Shown one piece after another: positions 50,456 through 62,199 of a stretch of 64,000 nt of DNA. The translations under genes were made by a program, and so were the position numbers. Numbering within the stretch: position 1 is the first letter of the stretch; the number at the start of each line of letters is the position of its first letter. The stretch comes from Pecten maximus (Eukaryota), in contig NC_047026.1 in assembly GCF_902652985.1 (NCBI RefSeq), positions 2,703,307 to 2,767,306 on the forward strand, read 5' to 3'. The notes under the pieces are model-generated. The model saw only the letters and a list, made by a program, of their open reading frames with translations. It searched no databases and had not been told where the DNA came from.

Positions 50456-51756
50456 TCTGATAAACAGACTCTGGAGGCGTAGAATGTGGATGTAGACAGG
50501 GCAGGGTATACCATCACAACGGGCACATTAAACTAAGCACTATATTCAAAACTTAGAATTATATGCTCATATCAGCTCAGACTTGAGAGAGTTTCTTAAT
50601 CGCTCATTAGAGTGAACATGATTTTCATATAGCACTCTACGTTATATGTTTACACTCCATACTGTGTAGCTACAAATAATCTATACAACAAAAACACATT
50701 CATTCACATGTACAGTTCAAATCAATTTGAAGTGGAATTTTGTTTTTCACTTATGTACATTGCATCAAATATTCTCCGCAATAGTATATGTACCATATAC
50801 ATAACTGTAACTGCATGATACATATATATATGTATGGTATATATATCATGTTAATTAATGTTAGTGAGATGTGAATGTAGCTATATGTATTGATATCATC
50901 GATTTCAAAATCAGAGGTTTTTTTTTAATCTGCAGCATCTGTCAGATGAAAATGTAGTTCGAATGCCCAAACTGGATGAACTGTACATGTAGTAGCATTC
51001 TTCAAAGTCCGTTATGAATGCTTTTCATACAAATGTATTTCTTTCAATTGTTCATGTGTTTAAAATATTAGAACACTGAAGTAATTTTTATTTTCATAAA
51101 AATGAAAGTACTGCTTATCTTTAAAACTAAATTGGATATTGATAAGATAAATTTGCCAAAATGTTAAAAATCAAACCTTATTAAGTAGAATCTAAACAGT
51201 TGTAAATGGCTAAGCCCACTATTCTTAACAACAAAATTACTAATTTTGATTCTCTGTCAAATATAATCAGGTTACTTGAAGACTTTGTCAGAAAAGTTAA
51301 CACATACATTGTATATACATTATTAATAGTTGCTTTAATTAAATTAATCTGAATTTGAACATTAAACCGACTTAACAATTTAAATGAAAAAAATGTGTTT
51401 TCACCATTGACCATAATTGATAAGAAAATAATTATTTAACTCAACCTATGATATAGTATGTAACAGCCATCAAGACAATACTATTATCTTTAGTCATGCC
51501 AAGTTATTTCACAATAGGATATATGCACAACACAAAAAAGTTTTACACATTTTTGTTGTTTAGAAGAATAATGAACTTAGTAATTTTTGCTGTTCTTCTC
51601 AAATAATATGTACTAGTGTTGTAAAGAAAAAAAGATTAAATAATAATAATAAATCTAAGTTATAATAAATTATTTGCATTGATTTATCAATACTTTAGTG
51701 TGCATTAGTTTAAAGGTTAATTTAATTCAGAAGCTGAAATGATTTAAGACAGAAAC

Positions 51757-53115
51757 AAGAGATCCCAGAGGGATCTTGGCGCCCACCATTGAATGATCTT
51801 TATAGGTTCCATGTCAGATTGATCTTTTCCCTACTTTTCCCTTCCTCTAAGTCTTACTTATCTGTGTAAATTCAGAAACAGCCCTCTAGTACTATTCAAA
51901 CAAGGGGAACCTATATATAGAATTTAAGATTTAGCTATAATGGCTGTCTGTCGGCCATGTTGTTTTCGTATTGGTCCCAGTATGCAAAACTAGGCACTGA
52001 GGGGAACCTACATATGAAATTTGAAAAAGATCCCTTCAGTACTTTCACAGAAATAGCGATAACAAACTTCAATTGTCAAAATCCAAGATGGCTGCCTGTC
52101 AGCCATGTTGTTTTCTGATTAGTCTCAAAATGCAATATGCATAACTAGGCACTGAGGGGAACCTGCATATGAAATTTCAGAAAGATCCCTTCATTACTTT
52201 CACAGAAATAGCGATAACAAACTTTAATTGTCAGAATCCAAGATGGCTGCCTGTCGGCCATGTTGTTTTCTAATTAGTCTCAAAATGCAATATGCATAAC
52301 CAGGAACAAAGAGGAACCTGCATATGAAATTTGAGAAAGATTCCTTCAGTACTTTCACAGAAATAGCGATAACAAACTTCAATTGTCAAAATCCAAGATG
52401 GCTGCCTGTCGGCCATTTTGTTTTCCGATTGGTCCCAAAATGCAATATGCATAACTAGGCACCAAAGGGAACCTATATATGAAATTTGAGAAAGATCCCT
52501 TCAGTATTTCCTCAGAAATAGCGATAACAAACTCAAATTGTCAAAATCCAAGATGGCTGCCTGTCGGCCATGTTGTTTTCCCGATTGGTCCCAAAATGCA
52601 ATATGCATAACAAGGCACCAAAGGGAACCTACATATGAAATTTGAGAAAGGTCCCTTCAGTATTTCCTCAGAAATAGCGATAACAAACTCAAATTGTCAA
52701 AATCCAAGATGGCTGCCTGTCGGCCATGTTGTTTTCTGATCGGTCCCAAAATGCAATATGCATATCTAGGCACCAAGGGGAACCTACATATGAAATTTGA
52801 GAAAGATCTCTTCAATACTTTCTCAGAAATAGAGATAACAAACTTCAATTGTCAAAATCCAAGATGGCTGCCTGTCGGCCATGTTGTTTTCCGATCAGTC
52901 CCAAAATGCAATATGCACAACTAGGCACCAAGGGGAACCTACATATGAAATTTGAGAAAGATCCCATCAGTACTTTCTCAGAAATAGCGATAACAAGAAT
53001 TGTTTACGGACGGAGGGACGGACGGACGGACGGACGGACGGACGGAGGGACGGACGGACGACGGACCACGGACGCAGGGCGATTTGAATAGCCCACCATC
53101 TGATGATGGTGGGCT
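51757..53115 (-). mobile_element. Satellite-bearing element, apparently complete copy
   Basis: It starts with (A)|TCCCAGAGGGATCTTGGCGCCCACCATTGAATGATC, runs through about 7 satellite units (51900-52990), then a (GGAC)n tract and cagggcgatttgaatagc, and ends in an 11-bp-stem hairpin CCCACCATCtgatGATGGTGGGcTAA. Confidence 0.75.
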
Positions 53116-54329
53116 AAAAACCACAGATGTAGGAATATAACATTTCAACTGCCTTTAAATATCTCTGGTTAAATTTAGCAATCAGTACATTTTCATGAAA
53201 AATGGTGTTTTCTAAAGAGTTACTGCCCTTTAACCGTCCCTGAAGCGTTCAAAACTCCACCAAAGGTCTATGTAGATGTACATCGTAGACCCCTTTCTTT
53301 TTTATAATATGCTTCGACTGTTATGTAATATTTCAAATGATAATGATAGATCATTTTCTATTTTTTTTAAACCATCACGAATATTAGAAAAAAAGAATCA
53401 GTCGCTATAATTAGAAATGAAATTTTCAGTGACGTCTACATCTGCATGCAGACAGCCACGTTAATGCGGTACGCGTTCTGTAAACGAAAAACTTCATGTG
53501 CATTACGTAGGATATAATCAATAGATCCGAAGTCAATATTAATATTCACAAGTCCATTTGACATTTCGAAACCCTATTCAGTGAGAATTTATTTAACTTT
53601 TTATTTGCAAACATGCGTATGGTACTGGTATGGACTGCCGTTGTTGTGATATTGTCATGATGAATAGACAACTTTTTTTCTTTCGTAAAAAAACATCTAT
53701 ATAATCTAACCATCTGCAGACTACATCAATCACATGCAAGTTAATATTTCAGTGAGAAAATGACAGTCAAAGTTGGGTTTGATCACCTACTCTTGCTTTT
53801 ATTATTGTTTACATTACTGAAAGATGGCGGACAAAATCGGATGCTGGATGAGTGATTTTCAATGTACAAAATAACAACGATATTCCGACGAAACTTTATC
53901 AATATTATAACCCATTCAGTAACATGCCACCGAAGAAAAAAAACACATAGATGTCGATGATGAAAATTCAGCGTGATGTTAGTAGATTTTTCTTCCGGGT
54001 CACAGGTAAGCAGCAATATGGCGCCAGCGAAAAGTCGATTGTATCATTCCGCGTGAAGTCTAATGCGTTCAACGCGGAAAAATATTCTTACGTATCATCG
54101 ACAGAACATACTTAAATTAAATACTTTGAAAACGATCTATTTGTGAGGTTCTGTTGTTTTGTCATATATCTATCGAAACTGCAGTGTTGCATTTGACTCC
54201 GTAAGTCACGGGACTATTTTTTTTTTTGCGATTGAATATGATTGTGAAGTGGCAGTGGAAGTTGTGTCAGAGCGAACGAAAATGCCAAAAAAAAAACCAC
54301 ATTGTCCTGTGAGCTTCTAAAATACAACA

Positions 54330-54757
54330 AAACAAAAGGTGATATTTTTTAATAGCTGAACTTCATTGTATGTCATTTTTTATCGTGAAGTTAAACAAAT
54401 ATTTACTGCATAACATTACGGAGTTACTGTAAAGCAACGTTTAGATTGGCCAACAGCAGTATCCGCCAGAGGGCATCGTAGATTTTGTCAGCTACCCTCA
54501 AAAGCGCTGACATAGACTCAAACTTACGTTTGTGTCTACGGTTGTGTCAACAAAACAAAAGGTGTTTTTTATTTACTATATGTCATTTTTTATCGTGAAT
54601 ATTTACGATATTTACAAATATTTACTGCATAGCATTACGGAGTTACTGTAAAGCAACGGTTAGATTGGCCAAGGCAGTATCCGCCAGAGGGCATCGTAGA
54701 TTTTGTCAGCTACACCTCAAAAGCGCTGACATAGACTCAAACTTACGTTTGTGTCAA
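54330..54757. repeat. Tandem duplication of about 210 bp, 2 copies
   Basis: 54330-54537 versus 54548-54757, about 90% identical. Confidence 0.8.
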
Positions 54758-54794
54758 AAAAAAAGGATAAAAAAAAAAGAAAAGAAAAAGAAAA

Positions 54795-54880
54795 AAAAGG
54801 AGGGCCTCCGTAGGATTCGAACTCGCGTCGTGATAAAAATATATTGAAAGACTAACCCATTAGCCCACTCGGCTATAGTA
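54795..54880 (-). ncRNA. tRNA-like Pol III-type unit (A box TAGCCGAGTGGGCTAA, B box GAGTTCGAATCC, immediately followed by a T9 run); not foldable into a canonical cloverleaf by eye
   Basis: On the minus strand it reads GGTTACTATAGCCGAGTGGGCTAATGGG...GACGCGAGTTCGAATCCTACGGAGGCCCTCC TTTTTTTT. Confidence 0.3.
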
Positions 54881-55866
54881 ACCTTTTATGAAACGGGTGA
54901 ATATTAGATATTTAAAATTGTGACAGCCTTGACTCACGACCGTGTATTATTGGCACGAGCGTGGGTTATTGGAAAATAATACATGGTTTTAAACCAATCA
55001 AAACCGGCGTTACATAGCAAACATGGTAGAATAGGCAGTAATTAATTCGTTAATGTGTAATAATGAATATGCTACAGGGATAAATTATTTATAACATATA
55101 TCATATTGTTGATCAATGTCCAGCTTTGATTAATCATTGTTTGAAGTACAAGTTTTTAACATTCTTGGAGATTATAATTATAAAATAATTAGTAATTCTG
55201 TATGTAACTAAATAACTTAAGGCTCATTGAAGGCTCTTGTTACGAGTGTTACCAATACATATACACACTACAACTAACAGCAGATCATGCCTGAATTGAT
55301 TATAATCTACAGTAGAGTACTGTTAAAGAAAAACATCTTTAACTAAAAATATTTTTAATTGAATTTCAATGGTTCCAGTAGACAATCACGGATATGTTAA
55401 ATGTAGAATTTCAGTTATTAAGAAAAAGTGCATTATATTGGGTGGTGTGTTAATATATGTAAGACATGCATGCTTGGGAGTCTAAAGGCAAATACAAATG
55501 TACTCGAGTATAAAGAACTGTGGATGCATATTGTAAAACAATATCAAGAATGTCCCTCACTAGACAATTCCTTTGGTGGCCTTGTATCACTACATTTGGT
55601 ATATTTATTTAAAAGCACTCCATTTTGTGTCTCATGATCATCGATCTTGAAATTAATGTCATTTTGAAAAAACTTAATGCTTTTCCAAATAAAAAAAAAA
55701 AATTCCTTTCTGGTACCTGTTTCCCTTAATGAAAGTTTATTTAGGTGCATTGCTCTCTAAAGGAAAACCCCTTAAAGGTTCACTGACCAGGCAAGCAACC
55801 TTTTGGGGGCCTCATTTTATAAAGAAGGACCCCTTTGGGAGCCTCACTGATGGCCACACACTGTAC

Positions 55867-55980
55867 CTGTCGGGACTAATCCTGAAGTCAGGCGAGAGGT
55901 CACGAGGGTCACTGTAGCGTCGTTGTTGGTCCCGCTGCTGGACCGGGCTGTTGTCCAATTCATTAAGAAAAAAACGTTCA
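55867..55980 (-). CDS. Giant gene exon ((N)ERFFLNELDNSPVQQRDQQRRYSDPRDLSPDFRISPD)
   Basis: Acceptor tgttttgcag| and donor ag|gtacag. Phase 2 in and phase 2 out, linking the 59062 donor to the 46370 exon. It is the only open frame of ORF 55812..56063. Confidence 0.55.
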
Positions 55981-56157
55981 CTGCAAAACAGGATTGGTGG
56001 TGATAGGTAGGAGTGAGGGGTACACTCGGGGCACACAGGGCAGGCAAATCTCGAAAACTCCATGCTGCTTCGAATCTTAACAAGTTATGATATGAACTAA
56101 AAATGGTCAACCTTTCTACCCTGTTGAGCTAGTTTTAGGGGTGCATTACAATCAATA

Positions 56158-56265
56158 ATAATTCTTTTTTTTGATAATAAATTTCTTAATAATTTAATAA
56201 ATTTCTTAATAATTTAATAAATTTCTTAATAATTTCATAAATTTCTTAATAATTTCATAAATTTC
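56158..56265. repeat. Tandem repeat of about 22 bp (aataatttaataaatttcttaa), about 5 copies
   Basis: Visible directly. Confidence 0.85.
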
Positions 56266-59061
56266 TTTGATAATTCTTGTTTATCTATGAAGAAAATACT
56301 GTATAAGAGAATTTGATAAACAAAGTGCCACAACTTATATCTATAGGTAATAATGAAATTATCCACCCTAACAAGGTGACACTTATGTTTATTAGCTCTA
56401 TGACTTAGTTTTAGTATTTGATTTTGAGCTAGATCTAAGCGTCCATGGTAAGAAAGTGACATGAAACATTTTCTTTAGAAAATTCATCTTCTATCTTTTG
56501 GTAATCATATCAAAGTGGTTTGGAAACAAGGTCACAAACTTAATTACTTTAGGTAATCAAAATTCTGTGTTTAGGTAAGTAGTCTTTGTTAAGAAGTTGC
56601 AATATCGGCTTACTTTAGGAATTTTTATTCTATATTTGGGTGATTATCTAAGATTATCTAAAGCAGATTTCAAAAGCTGATATGTACAATGCTCCATAAC
56701 CAAATTATATATTGAATGCTTAAATATTGACAAAATCCAAAAGCCGCAAGCAAGCCCAGGCCAGTTAACAGAAGTCGTATTGTCAACTGATAACGAAATC
56801 AAATGATGCTGGATAGGATCACGAATAGATAAATATTTTATGCGATTACAAAATATGACTGTCCCAACCATGACATAAATCAAATATGCAAGCAATGGTA
56901 TATACATGCATACCTATATGAAGAACATTAACTTCCAGTACATAAATTAAGTACTTTATTCACATTTAGCTATGTCTCGATTTGAATTGCCTCATGGTCA
57001 GTCAATGTTAAATACATGTATAATCATTTAATTTGATAGATGATGAGTTTACTGTTTTAGATTTAAAGAGATACTTAAAAAGAAATATTTAGAAATTAAA
57101 CTCAATTTTTATCAAACTAATTTCACATAATGACAAAAATTAAAAAAAAAAAAAAAAAAAAAATCACTTAAGAAAATATAATATATAACAGATGATTTTG
57201 TGTGCAAACCATATCACCAACTTCAAATATATGAAGAGTGTTATTTATGAGTTCAACATTTTTTAGGAAGTTTTTCTCATTTTTAGTGTTATTTATGGTT
57301 TTATATTTCTATTATATAGCAGTCATGCAAGCCTCTTGCCCACCCTGTTGCCATGGAGACATGCACTATCTGACCTTCAAACAGTGACACATGAACATGT
57401 TCGAGAGAAAACACACACAACACCAATGTGACAAAAAAATAAAGTGATTCAATACATGGCCAATGTCTGGAGCTAACAAGCACAAATAATGGTAATTACA
57501 TTTAAATCTTGCCTATATAAACTAAAAATTCTGCATTTATTTGAATTTCCTTAAAAACTTAAAAAGTTTGGGTTTTTTTTTTGTCAAATTCATGATCACC
57601 TTTCACTTATAATTCTATTTCAGTAATATTAAAAATTAATTTCTGTATATAGTATGTGAATACAAAACATTAGTATAACTCAAAGTTTCTTTATAAAATC
57701 ATGAAGATTTTTATCATTAAGAAAATACTTCGACAATACTATAGCTACAATACTTCGAAAGCACATTTTGATCGTTAGAGTAGCTTCGTTTTATATCTAT
57801 ATATAGACTACACAATCGTTAGGTCCAGACAATGCCATACTGGGGAACAACACATGATGAAACACTCGTAAAACAGGTTGTGATGTGATACAGTGAATTA
57901 AATCAGAGAAGTCAACAATTGCATGAATACCACTGGTACTAAAATGTAAATCTGTAGATCAGAATTAACTCTGATTAACTAGAACATATACCTACACATC
58001 CTATCTATATATGTGTGAAATTTCCCTAGAGACTGACCATAAGCAGTCATGCATATTCATTATTATGTCATAAATATCTGGAGTCGTCATGACAACAGAC
58101 CAAAACAACTTTTACAAGGGAGTTAACTCTTTCTCGGATATATTGATACATTGTATAATTATTATGCAGTTTATTCTGTAACCTATAGATCTTTGAGTAA
58201 ATTATATCTGACATACACCCTTAACCGGTCCCGAATACAATGCAGTTTTGGATCTGAAGCAAGAATTTATTTACCTAACGTAATATTATTGATATTTTTC
58301 CATAAAATTACTTTTATTGTGTATTTATCAAAGTCTATGTTTTTATAGCTAAAATGCGAAGTGATATGTGAAATGAAGTGTATGGGTTGAAAACCTGTGA
58401 GCAAATGACTGTGCAGCAATGAAAATTGAGATGTTTGTGTTTGTTGAAAATGAGAGTGATTTCATGATTTAAGAAAACGCCACAGATGTAGATTCTATTT
58501 TCGTTGATTATTTGTTTGGATCACATTTTATTGTGTGAAGTGAAATTATGTGGATCCCATTTAAATGTGAGATGAGTCTATGCCAAGGTGATACATTACA
58601 ACAGCGAATGTGAACAATGAACAGTAAATATTAGAAAAAGTTTCAGAAAATCTGCTAAAATGAGAAAATGAAATGAAAATAAAGAGACACAAAAATTAAA
58701 AAGTGTAAAATAATGGTGCAAATGAAAATGTTTTACGATTTTTTTTTTTCATTGTTCTAAGCAACAGTACTAGTGATAGACACTACTAATTATAACAGTT
58801 TTTTCGGCAATATACGAAGAAAGAAAAGATTTCACAATGTATGAATCTAAGGATGCATCCTATATATATGTCTACTGTAAATCTATTGGTGAAAACAGAA
58901 CACAAAAATAACTAAATTGAAATTAAACAACTGAAGAAGTTGAACCTTATAGAAATAAATTTCAGTTATATTTCTACGGTGCAAAAAAAGAGTCAATATG
59001 GTATTCATCCAATTTTTCTCTATATATAGCAAAGAGGGAGATCACTCATAAAAACACTTAC

Positions 59062-62043
59062 TTGGCAAGCTGTGGTGTTACGGTATCTTTGAGTTCCAGT
59101 TCCCTCGAGGGTCGCGCTGGTGATGGTTCCAATTCACGGTAAACCTCTTCATCTTTGCTCTCTGTATCGCCCCGACTTGCACCCTGGTCTTGCCATGCCT
59201 CTCTGGTGACGCCTGGAGTTACCTGCCCTTGGTTGTCACGGTACACAGGGTAGCAGTCGATGACCTGACGGTATGGTGTCCGTAGGTTTATACTATGGTC
59301 AAACGTACGGTCAGTAGTTTTCTGGATCTGAGACGATAGGTACTTTTCCGCATTCCCAAGGGCATTGAAGGGCGCATGCTTGCCGCCCTTCAGGAAGGAC
59401 AACTCCGATGCAGCTGTTTTGTCAGGATGCATACTTCCGTTCAAAGAACTCATCTGCGACCACTCCAGTTGTTTCTTTATGTCCCTGTCACGAACTATAA
59501 AACTGCCGTTTGGGGATTCGTAGCTGTCGTAGCTAGAGTCCATCTTTGGCCGGTTAGCAATCCTCTCCATCATCACTCGTTCCTGTTGCATAGCTTCCTC
59601 CAGTATACCAAACACTTGTTTCTGGGGTGGTTCTTTAGTGAGAATGGTGAAAACACGACTCGCCAAGCCAGAGGTGTCCAACGCCTCTTCATCTCCTTTC
59701 TTAGACTGATACTTTCTAATAATCTCCTCCACATCAGGTGCAAGGTTTCTTGGCCGACCATCCGCATCCAGCTCGGGTTCCGAATCCAGTTGGTCACCTA
59801 CAATATCCACTTTCCTGCGTCCGTGATCGGGCGACGGCCTCTCATCGTCTGTGTTCGGCCTGGATTCCCCAAGTGCAGTCAGACCTAGTGTATCAGTTTC
59901 GGTTTCTGTGTCGTTTTTCATAGTCCCAAGGAACACCCCTGCCCCACTGACATTTATTCCAAAGTCAGCTGCATGGTCCCAGAGGAGTTTACGGTTTCGT
60001 GCACTCTCAGGGATTTGAAGAGAAACTTTCACCACTTCTGTCCATATCTGGGCCTCTAGACCTCGGAGCCTGACTGCTGTACTCGGTCTCCCCTACCTGA
60101 TGGTGGAGGCTATTCTGAATGTCCTGAAGGTCCCTCTGTAACATTGAGTAGTCTATTTGTACAGGATTACCATTAAATGGTTTATCGCTATGTCGTGTTT
60201 GTTCCGGAGGTGGGTACTGCATTTTTTCGACGTATGCTGTTTTTGCTAAAACATTCTGGACTCTTTGACCAAGAGAATCTCCTGAATCCGTACTGCGATC
60301 TGAATTAAGACGAGCACGCGTCTCCTCAAGAAGCCTCTCAGTCTCTCGTTCTTGTCGATAGTAGCGCTGCAAAGACTCCAATTCAGCAGCACTTTCATTA
60401 CTGAGGTCCCTTTCCTCTGTCACAGACTTGAGGTCAAGCTTCAGACTGCCAGCACTAGCAGAATCTCCCTTCACCAGCAGTTTAGCCACTTCTTCACCGA
60501 GGGAAGAGGTCATGCTCTGTTCAGATTTTGACAAATTTTCCGTATTTGACCCTAAGGAACCAAGACTTCGAGACTGACTCTCCAGGTTTTCCTTCACTTC
60601 CTCGATCTTTCTCTCGGCCTGGACTACATCGTAGGGAGGTGGAGGTGGTCTAGAGTCTATGGGACATGGTAATGGCCTATCCATGGACCCTAGTGGTCTA
60701 GACTCCAGTAATGGCCTATCCATGGTCCCTAGTGGTCTAGAATCTAGTAACGGTCTGTCTTTGTTGTGCTGGTCGCCGTCACCAAGACCTAACGACTCTC
60801 TACTGTACAATTGTTTATGAAGAGAAGCCCCTAATGAACTGGCATCATCAAGAAGTTTTGCGACACGATGTGACATGTCACTGCGGGACTGCGTATCTGT
60901 CCCTTGAGTTGTAGTGGCAGTATCTGTAGTTGCTAGGGGTGCAGTCATTGTCTGACGATGACCGTTTTCTGACGTCACACTCTGAAAATTTTCTGATTTC
61001 TGTGTTTCCGAGTCGGCGCGAGGCAGCCCTATCAAACGTTCTCTGTCAAGTACTGGAACATACACAACATCTTTCCGTTTTTGTCCCGTTTCTGAGTCTG
61101 CTGCTGATGAAGACTTCTTCAGAGCATCATTCAAACCTGACTCACCAGGTTTGCTACCTACTAACCTAGAATCAGATACAGAACTCGTCTGAGATTTTGA
61201 CTCTCGACCTTGAGACCTGTGATTATTATCTGAACCAGAATTTCTGTCATTCTCCTCCAATGATCGCCTCAAAACTAGAGTAGGCGCATCAGACTTTCTT
61301 TGTCCATTTTCTGATTTGAATTCTGGTAGGGCCTCTCCCGAATCTCTCCTGGTTAACCTTTGACTTTCATAACCTTGACCCCCTGGCACCTGCATGCCTC
61401 CATCACGACTTTGGTCAGAAAATATTGCATAAAACTGCTGGGTAGAAGGTTGGGAAGATCCGCTGGTTTTGTCAGAGTCTTCACCTGATCCAGTGTCAGA
61501 GCCTGACTTAGCACTCGGAGCACTGTCAGTGTTGGATAAAGCACTAGCCATAGTATTAACAGTCTGTGTGCTGTGGTACCCAGAGTCCTTGCCTCTCTGT
61601 GTATTTACAGAGGCCATTGTGTCTAACATTGGGTTTCTTGCAGGACCTTCACCTTCAAGTGACCTTGGGGTTGGTTCAGGGTTATAGTCTGATTCATAAG
61701 GGTTCCATTCGACATCCGACATCCCCGTCGCGGATTCCGGGTAATTAGCATAAACAGCCCCCCTGGGATCACCAGTCGACCCCTTATGGTCTCCATCCGA
61801 GTTGCTGTCACTGTCCCCAGAACCCACCACACACCTCATGGGGGAGAAATTCCCTGAGATAAAGTCCTTAGATACTTCTGTTATAGCGGTAGACAAGGCC
61901 TCATCATTAATACTTCCACCATCATGAGCCGAGTCATATCCTGACTTGTCATCCAAAGGGTACTGTGACAAACTAAGGTTACCTAAAACAGAAAAAGACA
62001 ACACCGTTACAATAAGTACCCGGTACCATGATTTCATATACAT
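59062..62043 (-). CDS. Giant ALMS-motif gene, exon 1. ATG at 62043 to donor GTAAGT at 59056-59061; the N-terminal MYMKSWYRVLIVTVLSFSVLG stretch resembles a signal peptide
   Basis: ATG with an in-frame TAG two codons upstream. ORF track 60007..62043 (678 aa) and 59058..60035 (325 aa) lie in adjacent frames. A 49-nt GT-AG intron (60048..60096, CAG|GTAGGG...CCCAG|ATA) joins them exactly and yields the phase-2 exit required by the next exon. The product is Ser/Asp/Arg-rich with DRPLL(D/E)SRPLG repeats. Confidence 0.6.
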
Positions 62044-62199
62044 GTACTAATAGTCTGCAACTAAATTAACACCCCAACTTCCATATAAAAATGTATGCAC
62101 GGAAAATTATTAAAGGGATGTAACCCTCTGGCAAAATGAGACATCAGTAGCTGCTTTAGGTATTGATCATGTGTATCAAGTTTCATAAAAAGTTTGCAA

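Noticed and set aside
54795-54880. Calling this a bona fide tRNA gene
   Set aside because: The A and B boxes and the terminator are present, but I could not pair an acceptor or anticodon stem. It is kept as a tRNA-like element of unknown nature.
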